A stretch of DNA of 62,950 bases, filler included, from Kipferlia bialata (GCA_003568945.1; 3 parts of 3 records of this genome joined end to end with filler, not necessarily neighbours in it); one strand, 5' to 3'; numbered from the whole stretch's first letter, positions 1 to 13,487 are shown. Notes: generated by a model not told the origin, from the sequence alone. Translations and numbers: made by a program.

Positions 1-48
<48 letters not shown>

Positions 49-63
49 TCTCTTATACCCCAG

Positions 64-3000
64 AGCTGTGCTGCCTAAGCTCCGTGTAGACATGCCCAAG
101 TCCCTTGGTCTGCCCCTGACCTGTGTGGGGGAGGTGTCCAGCACACCCCTTACACTCACAAACACAGGTATATATATATATTATATAACTAATGTATATA
201 TGTATATATATGTATGTATGGGTCTGACCTGTGTGGGGGAGGTGTCCAGCACACCCCTCTCACTGACAAACACAGGTAGCCTCTCTCCCTCTCTCTCTCT
301 ATACACTCTCAGTATCTGGCCTATTAGTAGTATGTCTCTCTCTTTATCTCTCTCTCTCTCTCTCTCTCTCTACACCCTTACTGTCAGGCGATGTCCCAGC
401 TGTGTATGAGTGGAGGGCCAAGGCACCCTTCTCCCTAGAGCCTAGGACAGGGGTCATTGGAGTGGGGCAGAGGTATACTTATAGTATTACAGATATACAT
501 GATGGTATATATGTGTATAGAGAGAGAGAGAGAGAGAGAGTACCCTTCTCCCTGGAGCCTAGGACGGGGGTCATTGGAGTGGGTCAGAGGTATATATATA
601 TAAAAGTATCATATGATCCTTGTACTTCTATCCTAAGTGCCCCTGTCACTCTCTCCTTCCCCCCCGAGTGATGATTGTATTTTACACATTAATAATATAT
701 AGTGTAGACAGTGACTAACCCTAGCGCCCCTGTCACCCTCTCCTTCCACCCCGAGTCGGGTGGCACAGTGGAAGGCTCTGTAGTCTGTGTCCTATCACCT
801 AGTGGGATGGATAAGGGGGTCAGTGGATCATACCAGGTAGGGGAATCGAACCCAGGACCATGTGGATATCAACTGATGTCATTAACATGTGTTTTGATAC
901 CAGGTTGTCTCTGTCTGTGGCACTGCCAAGTACGCCTACCTCAAGTGCGAGGTGGAGAGAGAGACTACCCTAGACGCCGAGGAGGACAAGGAGGTGAGAG
1001 GCGTATGAATAGTGTCTTCACCGGGAATCGAACGCTGACCCTCAGGACCTCATGAGCGGGCGCGAGAGAGGTCTTGCCGCTAAGGAGGAGGAGGGAGAGC
1101 GGTCTCTGTCCTTTGGGGATGTGGCTGTGGGTACCAGTGAGAGGAGGACATTCTCACTCACAAACCTGAGCGAGGTAAGAGAACAGGTGATAATAGTGTA
1201 GTTACTGGGAATCGAACCCACACCAGGTGCCCGTGACTGTTTCCTCTCGGCTACTGAGTGAAGAGGAGGGTAGCAGAAGGGTTGGGCCTGGCAATGCCTT
1301 CAGCGTGTCCCCCAAGGTATGGTCTCTCTCTCTCTCTCTCTCCTTGCTTCCCCTGCTACGACCTCAGTCATTGGAAGTGTGCCCTCCGTGATCTCTCTCT
1401 CTCTCTCTCTCTTTGGACCCTTACTTAACCCCAGGATGGCGTTGTTGCCCCCTTTAAGAGTGTCACCTTCACAGTGAGGCACAAGTGCAACACACCGGGT
1501 GAGTATCTGTGTCATACAATAGCTCCATGTAAATATGTAATACTATTCGTTAATAACGATTCTCTATATACCTGTGTTAATGGCTCACTCCCAGGTGCCC
1601 AGAACACTGACACCGCAGTGGTCACCACCAAGGGCGGGATAGAGACTAGGGTGAGTGGATGTGTGTCTATATGTGTCTATATCACCGTCTCTCTCCCTCC
1701 CTCTAAACCCTTAACACCAGGTCTCTCTCTCTGCCCACACCATTGGACCCACCGTGTCTCTCTCTGAGAATGCAATGTACTTCGGAGGGGTGGTACCCGG
1801 GGAGTCAAGGTACCTTCTCTCTCTTTCTATCTCTCTTTAGACCAGTTCAATTTACATGTCCCACTATATTTCCCTCCCTGCTCCACGATCTCTCTCTCTC
1901 TCTCTCTCCTCCTTGCCCCTTATATCAGGTCCCACTTTGTCTCCCTCAACTCCACCTTCTCCCGCCCCGTTGCCTTCTCTCTCTCCCTGCCCGAGGCCAA
2001 GGTATCAGAATGTGTACATATACTGTTCCTACAATATGTACCTACAATATCAGTATATATAAATTCTGACACTAGGAGAGGGACACTGGCCCAGGTGTAT
2101 CTGCACCCCTATGTGTCAGTCCCTGCAGTGGGGTGCTGCAGCCCAATACCCCCATCAGGATCAAGGTATACTCTATATGCTACATATGCTACTCTATACA
2201 GTATATAGTATATATATATATACTATAAATATACTCTATATATATACACTATATATATATATATGTGTGTGTGTCAGTCCCTGCAGTGGGGTGCTGCAGC
2301 CGAACACCCCAATCAGGATAAAGGTATGTTATGTCTACGCAATTTTCACTATATATAATATGTGTATATATATATATACTATATATATGTGTCAGTCCCT
2401 GCAGTGGGGTGCTGCAGCCCAATACACCCATAAGGATTAAGGTACAGAGCATTCACAGTATATACCATTTACTTCTATACTTGGTATATGCACCATTTGA
2501 ATGTGTGTCAGTCCCTGCAGTGGGGTGCTGCAGCCCAACACCCCAATTAGGATTAAGGTATCACATATCTACTTCGACACACAAAGATATAGATGGTTCT
2601 CTCTCTCTCTCCTCTCTCACTCTCAGGTCACTCTGTGTCCCCCCGCGTCCTGTCCACCCATGCCTGTGGGGTGAGTTCTCTCTCTCTCTCTCTCACACAC
2701 ACACTTCCTTTCTATCAATATGAATGTATATATCTATATAGAGTCACAATATAGTCTCTCTCTCTCTCCCACCTCACCATTTGGCCTAAAGCCTCTCCTC
2801 ATCGATAGATATGTAGGTGTTGTGTCTGTTGCTGGCACTGCCCCTGTCCCCTTCACATATATACTACATGCACACTATGAATGCATATAAATTTGTGTAT
2901 ATGTATGTATGTACGTCTAACGTTAGTTACGTAGGAGCAGTCTCTGTGGCTGGCACTGCCCCTGTCCCCTTCATCTGTGCTGGGTCTGTGGTGCCATCAG

Positions 3001-4748
3001 ATCAGGACAGTGTTGCCAGGTATGTATACAATATATATATATTATATTTATATTGTTTCTCTATCTCTCTCTCTCTCTGTCTCTACACCCTTATTGACCC
3101 TAGGCCTGCCTTTGTGACCCCTGCCATGGTACTCAGATACATGGGAGTCAGAGAGAGCCTATCCTTCGATGATGTCCAGAGCTGGGTCGGAAAGGTAAGA
3201 CCAATTATCCGCCTCTACAGGGATTCGAACCCAGGACCTCACCCCCAGGAAGCTGGTGACGATGACACTGACATGTCTGAGTCCCCCCTCTATGATGCTG
3301 GGTATCCCGAGTATGCTGGTCCCACACCCTCTCTGTCCTACATGCCATTGCACCCATCGTTGGGGATGGCAGCGGCACTAGGTATATAAGTATTGAATAT
3401 AGAAGTGTGTGTGTGTCATATATATATACCCTCCCTTAGCTACATGCCCTTACACCCGTCACTGGGGATGGCAGCTGCGCTGGGTATGAGAAATGTATAT
3501 ATATAGATATACATGCATATAGCTACATGCCCGTACATCCACCACTCGGAATATGTATTGATACATATATGTATTTGTATAGAGATGTATGGTGTTTATT
3601 CAATATATACTCATCCTCAGGCTTCTCCGAGGGCCCCAATGCCATGAGTGCCAGTCCCCTTGTCCTCAGCACAAGGACAGTGGTGTTCCCAAGGTCTACA
3701 GGGTTAAGGTATGGGTATATATTTGTGTATCACACGTTGGCATTCACATTTGTTCATGTACAGATATATGGAGCAATGCACTCTCTCTCCCTCTACACCC
3801 TTATTCCAGGGTCGAGAAGGAAGTCTTGGTCTCCAACACATCATCCTACCCACTGCGGTGCATTGTGTCATCAGGTAAGAGAATAATAGAGAGAGGGGAA
3901 GAGATTAGTGTAATGAGCGGGAATCGAACCCAGGACCACCCTCACCCCAGGTGGCATGGGCACAGGCCACAAGGGAGACTTCTCCCTGTCTACCGAGGCA
4001 TTCCTCGTGCCACCCAACTCTGGGTTCCCTCTCCAAGGTATTTTACTCCCTCTTCTCTCTCTCTACACCCTTATATGAGGTGTCCTGTTGCAGGTACCAA
4101 TCCCTCTCTCTCTCTCTCTTCCTACCCGTTTCCTTGAGGTGCAGTGTCATCATGCACTCTTCTCTCTCTCTCTCTCTTTCTCTAACCCCTAGTACGCTAC
4201 ACCCCCAAGAGGCTTCGTACTGTTTCCTCCTGCACCCTGACTGTGATGGCATTCACCCCTGACTGCCTGAGGTGGCAGCTGTTCAAGAGACAGGTAATAA
4301 CCTACTATATATATATATATCCATAATATATTTTACCTATTATATATATATTTGTATATATCCATGTATAATATGATATATACTGACTCTCTCAGATGGC
4401 AGCTGTTTAAGAGACAGGCATGTACATGTGTACATATACACACATATATATGTACATATTTTTCAGGCCATCTTCGCCCCCCTATTTGCCTCTATTTTTC
4501 CATTCTCTTATTTCTCTCTCTCTCTCTCTCCCTCTAATTCCTAGGCAATCCCCGCCCCCCTGTGCGCCTCCATTTCCCTTGTGGGCAGCTCTGTCCCCAC
4601 CACATCCACTCCCCCACCCGTGTCCCTGTCCCTCCACCCCACCCACTCACCCCTGCCAATCGCAAACGCAGAGGTATATATGTATACTAATAGTGGTTCT
4701 GTTTTCAACATATTCTTCCCGTCGAACGTGCAGAGCTAGATTGTCTAT

Positions 4749-4794
<46 letters not shown>

Positions 4795-5737
4795 GCACAG
4801 GTTGACCAGTACCTGTGCCTCCCCCCCTCTGCCCCAGGGTGTGCCACCTCAGTGTCTGTGTCAGTGCACAACCCAGCTCAGGTAATAATATATATATAAT
4901 ATATATATAATATACGTATATATTCATATACTCTTTGTATATGTCATGTAGTGATATAGTCTCCTCCTTATCTCAGGACCGCATGGTTGTCCTTCCAGAG
5001 GGCATGTACCTCTACACCCTTATTCTCTTCTACACCCTTATCTCAGGATCCCATGGTTGTCCTCCTAGAGGGCATGTCCCTAGGCACCAGTGGAGACACC
5101 TCAACACAGTGGACACCAGGAACAGGGGTATGTACTCATAAAGTACACCCAGCGGGAATCGAACCCGCATCTCACCCCCAGGCAAGCGGCCTCCTCCTGG
5201 CAGACACTGACGTCATCGCCTTACCCCCTGGTGCCAGTAGTGTCATCACACTCGCTGGGGTGCCCCCTCAGCACTCTCTCCTCGGGAGGTACGTCTCTTT
5301 CTCTCTCTCTCTCTCTCTCCATGTACACACAAACATTAGAGAGGTCATATATACTCTTTGAAGAACCTCGGAAGGTACCCTTACTGCTCCTCTCTCTCTC
5401 TCTATATATATACTCTTTGAAGGTACGTTTCATGTCTCTCTCTCCGAGTGTAACATTTGAGCGATATCATTTGAATACAATGATATATTTTATTCTTTCT
5501 TCCTATTTCTCCCTTATTGTCAGAGCAAAGTCCAAGAGTGCCGAGAGCACCATACCCCTGACACTATATATAATATAAATATTAATATCTATATCTACGT
5601 TAGAAGATATTTTGCTCTCTTCTCTAACTGGCGCCTTACTGTTAGGGGAAGGTCCAAGAGTGCCGAGAGCACCATCCCCCTCAGGATGAGGCTGAATGCA
5701 TCCAGTAACAGTGTGGTCAGTTGCAAGGTATACACTC

Positions 5738-5770
<33 letters not shown>

Positions 5771-6488
5771 GCATATATATCCCCCTGAGGATGAGGCTGA
5801 ATGCATCCAGTAACAGTGTAGTCAGTTGCAAGGTATGTTCTAACATAGACAGTACTTTTGTTTGCTTGCCCTCACATCCCTAATACCAGGTCATCCCCTC
5901 TGGTTCCCACTCTCTCTCTCTCTCTCTCTCTCTCTACCCCCTTACTTCCAGGTCATTCTCTCTGGCTCTACCCCTGACATCCGTGTGAGGACAGGGCTCG
6001 AGACAACACCTCTCGTCACTGGGAAGGTACCGTGAGTATGAACAGTATACTCATTTCCAAATTGATATGTGATGTAATATGAAGTCACATGTTGTTGCAT
6101 GGTGGAAAATATTGTTTCATTAACATATTGAAGTATACTATTAGTACTGGTCTCCGTATACTTATTGTAGAGTGGCCCCCGTATGCACCGACCCATATAC
6201 TGTATATGAGTGACCTCTCTCTCTCTCTCTCTCTCTCCCTCTCTAGTACTAGTATATTGTACTTACAGCAGGGTGGCCCCCGTATACACAGACCCATTGT
6301 TGCCCTGCCCACTGTGTCTGTGGGCAGCAGGGTCAGTGCGGTACTGTCACTGGTATCTAGGTTAGTAATGTAATGGTATATATATGCAAGTATATATACA
6401 GTGTATATATATATTATACTAGTATATATGCCCTGCCCACTGTGTCTGTGGGTAGCAGGGTCAGTGCTGTGCTGACACTGGTGTCAAG

Positions 6489-6519
<31 letters not shown>

Positions 6520-9443
6520 CCCCCCCCCTCTCTCTTACTCTCTCTTACTCCTAGGGCCTCCACCCCCACTGACATATCCATCCGTGCCCCCCTGTGCTCT
6601 GGACTGGACTGTCTATCCATATCACCAGAGGCACTGACACTCGGACCTAGAGAGACAGCGCAGGTATATTAATATATGCATCAATATATATATATTAATA
6701 TATACTATTGTACGTATAGTGTATATATAGTAGTATATCACCAGAGGCACTCACACTTGGACCTAGGGAGACAGCGCAGGTATGTATATATATACTGGCA
6801 TTGAGTGTTGTGAACTATATATGAATTGTGTGTCCTAACCCCCAGGTTCAGGTCACTCTCAGAGGTGACACCTTTCCCCCTTCATATACATAATCATTCA
6901 TATATATATTTGAATATTTCTCTTATATTTGTTATATGTACTCACTGTTAGGTCCAGGTCACTCTCAGAGGTGACACCTCTCTCCCTCTGGGTCCCTTTG
7001 ACGAGTCACTGTCCCTGTCTGTCACACCAGGTGTGTGTGCGTCTCTCTCTATCGCTCTCTCTCTACATATGTATATATTCTAATGTATATATATATGTAT
7101 TGGGTCCTATCCTCACCCCAGCTGGCATGGCACCATCACCCCTTTCGATCCTCAGGGCATTGGGATCAGGTATAGCAACATATGTATAGAATATATACTG
7201 TATATACTATATATATATTATTAATGTTGGCATGGCACCATCATCCCTCTCCATCCTCAGGGCACTGGGATCAGGTATGCATCTGTATATGTATATATGT
7301 ACTGTATATATACTATATATATATATATAGTATAGTAGTTGGCATGGCACCATCACCCCTGTCCATCCTCAGGGCACTCGGATCAGGTATGCCTCAGTAT
7401 ACGTATAAATATATGTATATATATGTATTACTGTATATCAATATCTATAATAGGTATATATACCCTCTGTCAATCCTCAGGGCACTCGGAACAGGTATAA
7501 CTGTATATGTATACTCTATATACTCTCTCTCTCTCTCTCTCTCTCTCTTACTCTTAGGTGGAACTGCCCTGCCTGCCAGTGCCTTCCCTGCCCCCCTGTC
7601 AGGTGTAGTAGAGACAGAGGAGGAGGAGAGAGAGAGAGAGAGCGCCATGGTCAGACTGGTGGGAGAGGTGGTACGCAGAGACGTCACGGCTGAGCCAGCA
7701 AGGTAAGAAAAGAAGAGAGAATGTACCAAGCTGGAATCGAACCCACAGCCTCCTAACAACCAGACTGTCCCTGGACGCTGTCAAGGAGAGGGAGGAGGTC
7801 TCCTTTATCGTGACACTCCATAACAACGTGGCTAGCGCTGTGCCATTTGCTGTGCAGATGGATGAGGGAGAGAGAGAGGACATGGAGGGTACCAGTAAGG
7901 GTGTAGCCTCTTTGAATAAGGGTGTAGTGCCCTTTGGCTCTGTGGAGCAGGGGACTGGGCATGTCATGGTGGAGCCTTGCTCAGGTACATATGTATATGT
8001 ATACACACACCCATATGTATATATATATAGAGAGTGAAAGAGAGATAGGGAGCATGTTATGGTGTAGCCATGCTGATATATGTATCAGTAGTATGAATTA
8101 TTCTCACTCTCTCCCCCTCTACACCCTTAATATCAGGTGTGATCCCTGCCGATGGCAGAGTGAGACTCTTTGTCAAGTACTCCCCACAGCGGCTCGGCCT
8201 GATCAGGTACCCAGCTCTACGTTTCTCTCTCTCTCTCTCTCTCTCACACCCTACACCCTTTTCTCACAACTAGGGCCTCTCTCAATGTCAACCTCTCTGC
8301 CTCTGCCCTCTCTGGTGTATCTCTCTCTCTCTCTCCCTATATTTATACAGACTTACCCCCAGGGCCTCTCTGAATGTCCACCTCTCTGCCTCTGCCCTCT
8401 CTGGTGTGTGCACCGGAGGAGAGGATGAGGGGGAGAGAGAGAGAGATGACGAGTGTGGTGCAGTGGTGAGGGTACCCGTGACACTCGAGGCTAGACTGCC
8501 TAGCCTACTGATCAGGTATGTATATGAACACACTGGGAATCGAACCCACGCCCTCCGAGTCTAACACTAGCACGGTTGCCTCCAACTGCACCTCCACCCA
8601 GCTCTATGACTACATATATGTACACACAGGGAATTGAACCCACGCCATCTGAGTCTAACACTAGCACGGTGGCCTCCAACTGCACCTCCACCCAGCTCTA
8701 TGACTACATCGATGTCAATGCACTCAACAGACACCTGCAGGGAGAGAGAGACATACACGAGATCACTCTCACAGAGGGTATGGGTGTATTAATACATATT
8801 TATATGACCAAATTGTACATATATATATGGGGAATGTGTATATGTTGAGATATACCCTCATTGCTACAATATTCTTGATGCTTACACCGATATAGTTAGT
8901 ATGTGTATTGTTATGTGCTTACACCTAGGTACCTTGCAGGAGCAGCAACTTGCTCTGGAGCACATTGAGACGTTCCCAGTACTGTTCAGGTATCTCTCTC
9001 TTGCAACCTCCACTCCTAAGGAATTGTATGAAAATCTATCCTTCACTCGTCTTCCTAGGACTCTTTAGATACATGTGTCTCTACCTCTCTCTCCACATTA
9101 ATTGTTTACTCACTCCAGACCCTCTGTCCCTGCCTCCACACCCCTCCTCTCTCCCCCCCCCCCCTATGTATGTATATATGTAGCCCATTATAGTTTCTAA
9201 TCCTAGGCCCTCTGTCCCTGCCTCCACCCCCCTCCCTCTGGGTGCACCCTGTGCAGACCCAGATGCTCATAGGTATATGTATAGATAGAGAGAGAGATTG
9301 ATATATAGAGAGGTAGAGAGGTTGATAGATATAGATATATTTGCATGTGTATATATACATCTTCCACTGGGTACACCCTGTGCAGACCCAGACGCTCATA
9401 GGTATAAGGATAGATGTGTATATATAGAGAGAGAGAGAAAAGA

Positions 9444-9486
<43 letters not shown>

Positions 9487-9767
9487 CATCTACCACTGGG
9501 TACACCCTGTGCAGACCCAGATGCTCACAGGTATGTGTATATATACTGGTAGATATATATTAGTATATATATTATATCTTGTTAACGTCCCTCTCACTCC
9601 CAGCACTGACAGGGTCACCCTGGGACTGGAGAACCCTGGACCACTCACGGTACGTCAATGATACATATAAGTGTATGCATATACGTATATAGTGTATATA
9701 CTGTATGTATCCTTATACATCAGGTCACCCTCAGTATATCTGTCCCAGGTGTGCAGCAGGACATGCC

Positions 9768-9808
<41 letters not shown>

Positions 9809-10010
9809 CTAATATCAGGTCACTCTTCGTATACCTGTCCCAGGTGTCCAGCAGGACATGCCCTCTCTCTCTCTATATATATATATATATTTATACTAAT
9901 ATCAGGTCACCCTCCGTCTATCTGTCCCAGGTGTCCAGCAGGACATGCCCACTGCACCATGGGCCAAGCAGCCACCTACTAAGGTATGTATAGTATATAT
10001 ATAGCACATA

Positions 10011-10047
<37 letters not shown>

Positions 10048-11997
10048 TTGTGTATATACTCTATATATATACTTGGACATGCCCACTGCACCATGGGCCA
10101 AACAGCCACCCACTGAGGTGTGTGTATTGTTTATAGTATAGTACACATTGTGTATGTGTGTTCCCTGTGTCCTAACTCGCGTTATTCTCTATGCTAACTC
10201 GCGTAGGAGGAGGCCACCATCCGTATGTATGTAGACAACGGTGTCTTTAGCACCTCCTCTGTGACTGTCACCCTGGCCCCACAGGAGAAGGGGCGGATAT
10301 CACTCTTCCATAGGCACATATACAGGTATGTATATGTATATATATATATATACAGGTATATAAATGTGTATGTATACTGTCACCCTGGCCCCACAGGAGA
10401 AGGGGCGGATATCCCTGTTCCACAGACATATATACAGGTGTGTGGATGTATATTCATATATATATATATGGGTATATTAATGTATATGTCAACTGTCACC
10501 CTGGCCCCACAGGAGAAGGGCCGGATAACACTCTTCCACAGACATATCTATAGGTGTTGTATGTAGTGTATATACAAAATTACATATAGACATATATACA
10601 TAGGTGTATATATATATGGTACATGTGGCATTTCATGAGAAGGGGAGAATATCTCTCTTCCACAGACATATCTACAGGTATGGAAGAATATATCCTTCTC
10701 ACTCTCTCTGTCTGTCTCAACACCCTTAATGTCAGTGGGGTGCATGAGCTCCGTCTGCTCTCTCTCTCTCTCTCNNNNNNNNNNNNNNNNNNNNNNNNNN
10801 NNNNNNNNNNNNNNNNNNNNNNNNNNNNNNNNNTCTCTCTCTACACCCTTAATGCCAGTGGTGTGCATGAGCTCCGTCTGCTCTGTCAGGTGGATGACGG
10901 GAGGGCATTCCTCCTATTGCTGTTAGGTTAGTAATAATATATATATATGTAGTATGTACATATACTGATACTGAAGTACTCTCCCTCTCTAACCGGCAGG
11001 CCAGACCCTTAACACACACACACACACGCGCTCTCTCTTTCGCTCTCTCTCTCACTCTCTCCCTCCCTCTCTAACTGGCAGGTCAGACCCTGACCACTGC
11101 ACGTGTCCCCACCCCGTCCTATCTCTATTTCTCTCTCTCTCTCTCTCTCTCTACACCCTTATTCTCTCTCTTACCTTCAGGTCAGACCCTGACCACTGCA
11201 CGTGTCCCCACCCCGTCCTCCCTCAGAAGGCCTACCCGCTCCAGAGAGAGACTGTCTGCAACAGGTATATTGTACCAATGCTAGATTCCGGGAAAATACA
11301 TTCTCATGGGCTAACGTGGATACAAGTTCTACGCACTATCATCTCTGTAAAGAGAGACTATTGCGTGCTTCTGAGTGTATACCAACTCCAGGTGCCAGCA
11401 GGCGTGGCATGTACACCAGGGACGCAGAGAGAGAGGCAGAGGCAGAGGGCACAGCCTCCCCTGTCGTGCTGACCCCACTCTCACTCCCACTCGTACCAGT
11501 GGCACTAGGTATGTATATATATACACAGATATATGTATTCATTCCACTCATTCCACTAACATTGTACATATGAATATACAGTATTAGTATTGTGGGTATA
11601 TACTTATGCCATGTATATTAACCCCAGGCGAGGCCTGTCCCCCTGTGCAGCTCCTGACCCTGTCCAACCCAGCGGCAGAGCCAGTGGTGTACTACATACC
11701 TCAGGTAGTGTGTGTATATATTATTATTCATATACGTATATGTATGTATATATGTGTGTTCATGTATATACTCTGTCCAACCCAGCTGCAGAGCCAGTGG
11801 TGTACTACATACCTCAGGTAGTGTATATATATATAAAGATATTAATGCATATGTGTATGAATATATGTGTGTCCTTGTATATACTTTGTAGATATGTGTA
11901 TTGTGTGTGTGTGTTGTGAGAGTATGTGAGTCTCGCTCTCCCCCCTTCAGCTACCTTGACTCTCTCTCTCTCTACATATATACATATATACACACAC

Positions 11998-12028
<31 letters not shown>

Positions 12029-13272
12029 AGATCAACTACCTCTTGGCTGGGATGACTCACTCTCTACATTTATATGTGTGGCTAATTCCAGACTGCTCTT
12101 GACAAGATTAACTCCCTCCTTGGCAGGGCTGACTGCCCAGTGCTGCACGTACTGAACCCCCTCGGCATTATCCCAGGTTGGTGTACTTACTGTACAGTTA
12201 TAGTATATGTATACATATAAATATATATATAGAGAGAGAGAGGGTCAGAGCTGACCGATACTAGCCATGGATATTGTATGGTATTGTTTCTATGTTAAAG
12301 TACACACATATGTATCTAACCCCTCCTGATGTCCGAGTCCTCCATAGTCCCTATTCTCTCTCTCTGTCTCTCTCTAACCAAAGGCCACTCCTCTACCGAT
12401 GTACGTATCCTCCACAGGCCCCTACAGGCATGCAAGTTCAGAGTGCCCCTGCCCATACACGTCATGTCCCAGGTACTCTCTCTCTCTCTCTCTCTCTGTA
12501 CACCCTTTATAGGTTACTGTATGAAGATTTTGCCCCTGATGGGAATCGAACCCATGGCCTCCCCCCTCTAATAGTAGGCCTCTGCGTCTGGTGCCTCCCA
12601 GGATGATGAATATACAATTACTATTTTTGCCCCTGATGGGAATCGAACCCATGTCCTCCACCTTTTCATACTAACCCTAGGCCTCTGCCTCCGGTGCCTC
12701 CCAGGATGATGTGGCACCAGTGGAGGTCACAGAGACACAGCTGGAGGTACGTAAATATAGATATGTGTGTGTGTACGGTATGGGGAGAGAGAGGGAGAGA
12801 GAGACTAGTGGATTTGACGGAGACACAGCTGGGAGTGTATTTAATATTTGTGTGTAGATATAGATACATGGGTAGAGAGAAATGTAAAGGGCCCACGTAC
12901 TTCTCTCTCTCTCTGTCTGTTATAGGTATATAGTGAAATTTCTCCCTTTCTAACACCCTTACCCCAGGGTGTGTATGACCTGCTTAACTCGCGGTTCGGA
13001 GGAGACAGGGAGAAGGAGAGCGTCACAGGTTAGATTGATATGGTATATGTTTGTAGTAAGACTCTATTGATGTGGGCTCGATCCGCGCTGAGTATATGTA
13101 TATTCTAGATAGGCTGAGTATATATTCTAGTCGTTGTGTCTTCCCCGAAGTGCTTCTGGGAGGACCAGATATACGACTCATCATTTAGTACTTGTACAAG
13201 TATTAGTCTTACCCTCACTCCTAGGCCCTGACACTGTTACCTTCAGACCCACCGGCATGAACATAATAGTAT

Positions 13273-13303
<31 letters not shown>

Positions 13304-13449
13304 AGTATATATACATATAATACACACTATCATATATACATATATGTGATATGCTATCAATAGGCCCTGACACTGTCACCTTCAGACCCACTGGCATGAT
13401 ATACATATACACATATTACATAGCTATATAATGAATTGGACATTTTATG

Positions 13450-13487
<38 letters not shown>

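Larger units (their letters stand above)
841..12652 (-). repeat. Dispersed intronic tRNA-3'-half-like elements (GGTTCRAWTCC T-arm core), 11 copies in the CFAP65-like gene
   Basis: Cores at about 841, 1023, 1207, 3220, 3919, 5154, 7733, 8535, 8629, 12541 and 12638; on the + strand they read GGAATCGAACC or close variants. Confidence 0.8.

Noticed and set aside
2111..2560. CRISPR-like repeat-spacer appearance of the echo arrays
   Set aside because: The repeats are copies of coding exon ends with GT donors, the spacers are AT microsatellites, the context is eukaryotic and no cas genes are present.
13070..13095. GGGCTCGATCC as a further T-arm element
   Set aside because: Loop mismatch and no stem or acceptor geometry; not counted.
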